Below, piece by piece: positions 60,122 through 64,000 of a stretch of 64,000 nucleotides of DNA. The position numbers and the translations under genes are program-made. Position 1 is the stretch's first letter, and every line of letters starts with the position of its first letter. The stretch comes from Cyanophora paradoxa CCMP329 (lineage: Eukaryota; Plantae; Glaucophyta). Where the stretch lies: assembly GCA_004431415.1 (NCBI GenBank), contig QPMI01000022.1, positions 124,001-188,000 of the forward strand, read 5' to 3'. The notes beneath the pieces were generated by a model. The model was given only the letters and a program-made list of their open reading frames with translations, was not told the DNA's origin and did not search any database.

Positions 60122-60159
60122 GGGGGTTCGCCCCACCGTAGTTTTTCAAAAACCCATTC
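60122..60159 (+). mobile_element. Second very short insertion of the same non-LTR 3' end, with 12-bp target-site duplication
   Basis: AAATGCTGTATA at 60110-60121 and 60160-60171 flanks GGGGGTTCGCCCCACCGTAGTTTTTCAAAAA + CCCATTC; this matches the reverse complement of 31906-31936. Confidence 0.7.
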
Positions 60160-60249
60160 AAATGCTGTATAATAGTAAATATGCTAGCTAGCTTTCCCTT
60201 TGTACGTACGCTCGATCTAGATCTCCCTATCTTTCGCGCCCCGGATCGC

Positions 60250-63200
60250 CGAGTCGTCGTATCTACTTCGCCACGTCATACGCATTGTTGTTTATACACA
60301 CACATATAATGGGCAAAGTAAAACGGATGCATGTGTCTCAAGGGCCGGTCTGATGCGACGGGCCGGTCGCGGAAAGGTTTAAATCATGCGTATACGTAAT
60401 TAATATATATAACGGATGTCCCGAAGTCCGGCGCGGTGTTCAGGTACTGCGGCAGAGACGGGAAACCATGCGGAAGCCGGGGAGCGATGACGCGCCCGAG
60501 TAGCTCGCGCAGCTGCCGCCGCTGCCCGTCGAGACGGAGCCGATAATGGTCCCTTCCCTTCCGTTGCCCGACGCGTCCCGCGCCACGCTCGACTGCCAGA
60601 GACGAAGTTAAGGCGCAGAGCTTGCGATTTTAAGGCGCAGAGGCGCACGCCGGGTTGGTCGTCGAAGGGGATGTGGACGAGGGGCTGGCGCCCGATGTCG
60701 CCGCCCAGCGCAAGCGCCCGCACCTCGCCCGCCGAGAGCGCCGTCGGCCACACGCGGAAGCCTGCGCACCGCGCGCCCCACGCGCGCGCCCCGCGGTCAG
60801 AGTCTGATATTGGCATCCGGATCCGAAGCGCCGCCCGAGCCCGTGCGCGTGAGACTGTTAGCGGGCGCACCGGCGAGGGATACATTCTCAAGGTCGAGAA
60901 TGCCGATCGGATCCTGACAAACCGCCCAGAGCCCAGATCAGATGTAGACAACTTGCTCAATTGAAATCGCAATATCAGTTGCAAGGAAACTATAAATGCA
61001 TTCGCTAGAGGCAATAGGTCGCTAGAGGCAATGCCCTGCAGCTGTCCGGTCCGGCCGCGCGTTCGAAAATTAATATATATTATAATTATAAATGGAAGCT
61101 CCCGCGACCGCGCGCGCGTCCTTTATCTAAATTTTTGAGAGGGCGCACGAACCCCGGGCGAGCTGCCGCCGATGCGGTTGTGGACGCGCGGACCCGGCGG
61201 CATCATCACACCCGACGCGGTGAGGACGAGAGCGGTGACGCCAGTCTCGCCGTCGGTGAGGTAGAAATTCAGCTCGCCAGCCGCCCCAAACACGGTCATC
61301 GCGTGGTACCAGCGGCCCACCTGCCAGACTCGGCATATTAATTCGTAGGCTCGCTCAGCGTACGCTTTGCGCATGAATGGCTCGCGCGTGAATAAGCTTA
61401 AGAACGAACCGCGATGTAGCCAGTGCTATCGGCGTTGGCCAGGTTTCTCAAGAGCAGAACGGTTTCGTCCGGGGCAGCCTGCCGTAGGTGTGCGCGCATT
61501 ATATATTACTATCGTACGTATACGTTCAAAGATTTCTAGATCTAGATCTAGATTGAAATCTATAGATATATATATATATAGCTAGAGCGCAACCGCTGCT
61601 CGCGAACGCGAGCGGCACGGCTGCCCCGGGATTATGGGCCACTCACCGTGTATCGACTCTGCCCAGTACGGTCAGTCTCTACTAGCAGGAAGTAGTCTTC
61701 TGAACCAGGAGAGTAATACTGCCGGCCGGCGCCGCACATCAGGGAACCGGGGGATCCGGAGAGCGATTCGTGCCGGCGCCGGGGCCGGCACTGTATACGT
61801 AAGGCGCGCGCGCTCACCCCCTCTCCAAATGAGATGTGCTGTACCGACCAGTGAGAAAGAAGTGCAAAACTTGTAAGCATAGACCCGGCACTTGCATCCA
61901 TACGCACCACATTCCTAATCATCCAACCGTCCGAGAAGTCAAAGACGCGCGTCCAGTGTTCCTGCCGCTGGCCCAGCTTGATCCTGCGCCCACGGCCGCG
62001 GCGCCGGCCGGCTCGCGTCAGTCAGCCCAATACATTGCAACCCCGGCCCGAACTTCTGCCAGCAGAAGCAGATGTAGAGAACGCGCACCAAAACTCGATC
62101 GAGGTGGGATTGCCTATAGAGAAAGAGGGCAGAGAGACGTAGCCCTCTCCGCCGCCGAAGTGCGCGCCTGCGGTACGGTGCTGAGTAAGAAAGAACCGCT
62201 GCAGAAAGAATGAAAGGGAAATAGCCGTAGCGCGAAATTGAATCGCGAAAAGAGCGAAATTGAGAAACTTAACGTGGCGCGCGAGCGCGTATCATAGTAT
62301 TGATAAAAATCAGGCCCCAAAAGAGGGCGCGCGCGTGACCCGAATCTATAGCTACTTATATATATATAATTATAAAATAAATACACAGCCGCGACTCCAA
62401 CGAATTCGAAGGCGCCGGGGCCGGAGGCCAGTCGCGGCGAGGCTCAAGCTGATTACGAAGTTTATAACTACTAATTAGAGGGGATACGGTCCCGTGATCG
62501 CGCGATTGTGCGGATAAAGTCCGAAGGCCAGGGTCAAGGGCGCGCGCACTGCAGGTGGGCACGGCGGGCATCGCTGCGCAACACGAAGACGTAGTATTAG
62601 TTCGATCTCCTAGGCCTGCGCCTGGAGAATCGGAAGCCTGGTAGCGACGACGCGCCTGAGTATGGTGTGCAGCTGCCGCCGCTGCCCGTCGAGACGGAGC
62701 CGACGACGGTCCCGTCCCTTCCGTTGCCCGACGCGTCCCGAGCCACGCGTACGCCCGGCTGCCAGAGACGCGTACGGTCTCAGAGTCTCGTCAAGGCCGG
62801 GGCGGAGAGCTCGCGAAATTAAATTGAAGGCGCAGAGGCGCACGCCGGGCGCGTCGTCGAAGGGAAGGTGGACGAGGGGCTGGCGCCCGATGTCGCGGCC
62901 TGCCGCCAGCGTCTGCACTTCGCTCGACGAGAGCGCAGCTGACCACACGCGGAAGCCTGCGCATGCACAAGCGCCCCGCGCGCTCCGCCGTTGGCACCAT
63001 ATGCAGAGATGAGGCCTCATTTTCACTGTGAGTCAGGGTCACTCGTGGGCGCTGGCGCACCCGCGAGGGATGCATCTTTGAGAGCGAGAACGCCGCCTGG
63101 ATCCTGATAAACCGCCCCGATTAGACGTAGACAGCTCGCTTGCAGTTGCAAGACAATTGCAATATGCAATTAACTTTTATATGTATGGCACGGTTTGCGA

Positions 63201-64000
63201 GCAAGCACCCCCGGGGCGGTTCTTCCGACGTAGTTGAAGGGGAGGGTGCCCGGTTCAATGTTCACGGCCATCAACTGCTGCAACCCTGTCTCGCTGTAAA
63301 AGTGGGTGTGGGAGCCGCTCGCGCCGTCCGTCAGGTAAAAGTGCACATCGCCGGCTGCTCCGATCACCGTCACCGCGTGGTACCACCGGTTGAGCTGCAC
63401 GGACAGGCGTTTCAAAGTGGTGCCGGTGCGTGCGATTGGATGCGTATGCACGTTCGCACCGAGAAAGGACCGGTGGCTCTATCAACGTTGTTGGGATTAA
63501 GCTTCACGTGAAAGCCATAGTCAGGATCGTCCACTAACTGGAAATCGTAAGCACGCGTGTGAATTTCGCGATCGAGTGTTGCCCGCGACAGTCCGCGCTC
63601 CGCGCTACTAACGCACATAGCTGTAATCGTTTTTGACTCCAAAGTAGATTTCGTTGTTGTTAAAAATTATAAACTGCTCAAATCATGCTTAGGAAGGGCG
63701 CGACAGCCATGTATTTAGATGCGACGATGCAGCAGCGTGGACGTACCACGGTGCGGGCACTCTCCCGGGGGTACCATCCGTTCGAGAGGTCGAAGAAGCG
63801 CGTCCACTGAGCCTGCAGTCGACCCAGATTGAACCTGGATCCGGGCCGGGCCCGTACGCGTTGATGTAAGCCTTCATACGCGCGCGTTGCAAAATTTCTC
63901 CCACCCGCCCAGACCCCGCGCACTGGCGGCACGGACACGGGAGACCGTTGGACGCACCAGAACTCGAAGGAAATGGGGTTTCCGATGGTGAAGGAGGGCA
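60250..64000 (-). CDS. Tandem LamG / concanavalin A-like (Laminin_G_3-type) repeat protein, 5' part outside the window
   Basis: Two ~2.2-kb homologous units, each with WTR(F/V)FD(L/F)S(N/D)GW, RWYHA(V/M)TV(I/F)GAAG..FYLTDG, N(Y/R)(V/I)G, GFRVW..ALS..EV..LA.G.DIGRQPLVH(L/I)PFDD and ARDASGNGRD. The 3' end is uncertain. Confidence 0.75.

Noticed and set aside
1773-60171. Short direct repeats with ~40-60 bp spacers as a possible CRISPR-like array
   Set aside because: Each repeat occurs only twice, the sequences differ between sites, there are no cas genes, and the context is eukaryotic; TSD-like duplications explain them better.
1-64000. Hundreds of long Arg/Gly/Pro/Ala-rich ORFs in the six-frame track
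   Set aside because: Expected in very GC-rich DNA with few stop codons; they are antisense or off-frame shadows of the spliced genes and carry no domain motifs.

Overview
This is GC-rich, intron-dense eukaryotic genomic DNA (most introns about 45-120 nt, GT-AG plus many GC-AG), so the six-frame ORF track is largely misleading and I rebuilt the gene models by hand-splicing. A cilia gene (CFAP410) together with a Toc34-type GTPase points to a flagellated alga of the Archaeplastida; the style fits a glaucophyte such as Cyanophora, but that is inference. About 16 genes are visible. Housekeeping genes: class I HDAC, PIG-V and CFAP410. Lineage-expanded types: three F-box or LRR-like genes and a tandem LamG-repeat gene. 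Unusual architectures: (i) an ~8 kb gene that splices into TIR-TIR-Cys4-pseudokinase-unknown domain-GBP/atlastin GTPase-helical stalk-'PBCV basic adaptor'-like tail, the best candidate for an undescribed immune system; (ii) a large protein with a TET/JBP 2OG-Fe(II) dioxygenase domain, tail-to-tail with a stand-alone EEP nuclease; (iii) a B-box-B-box-Toc34-like GTPase with a tail anchor; (iv) an RNI-like LRR fused to the C-terminal half of a SAPS/PP6R domain; (v) a tail-anchored SCAB/AIR9-like Ig+PH protein. Non-coding DNA carries two tiny insertions with A-rich tails that share a 3' hairpin, and several other short inserts flanked by 15-29 bp direct repeats. Exon boundaries and gene ends are approximate, and all domain calls come from motif recognition, not database searches.
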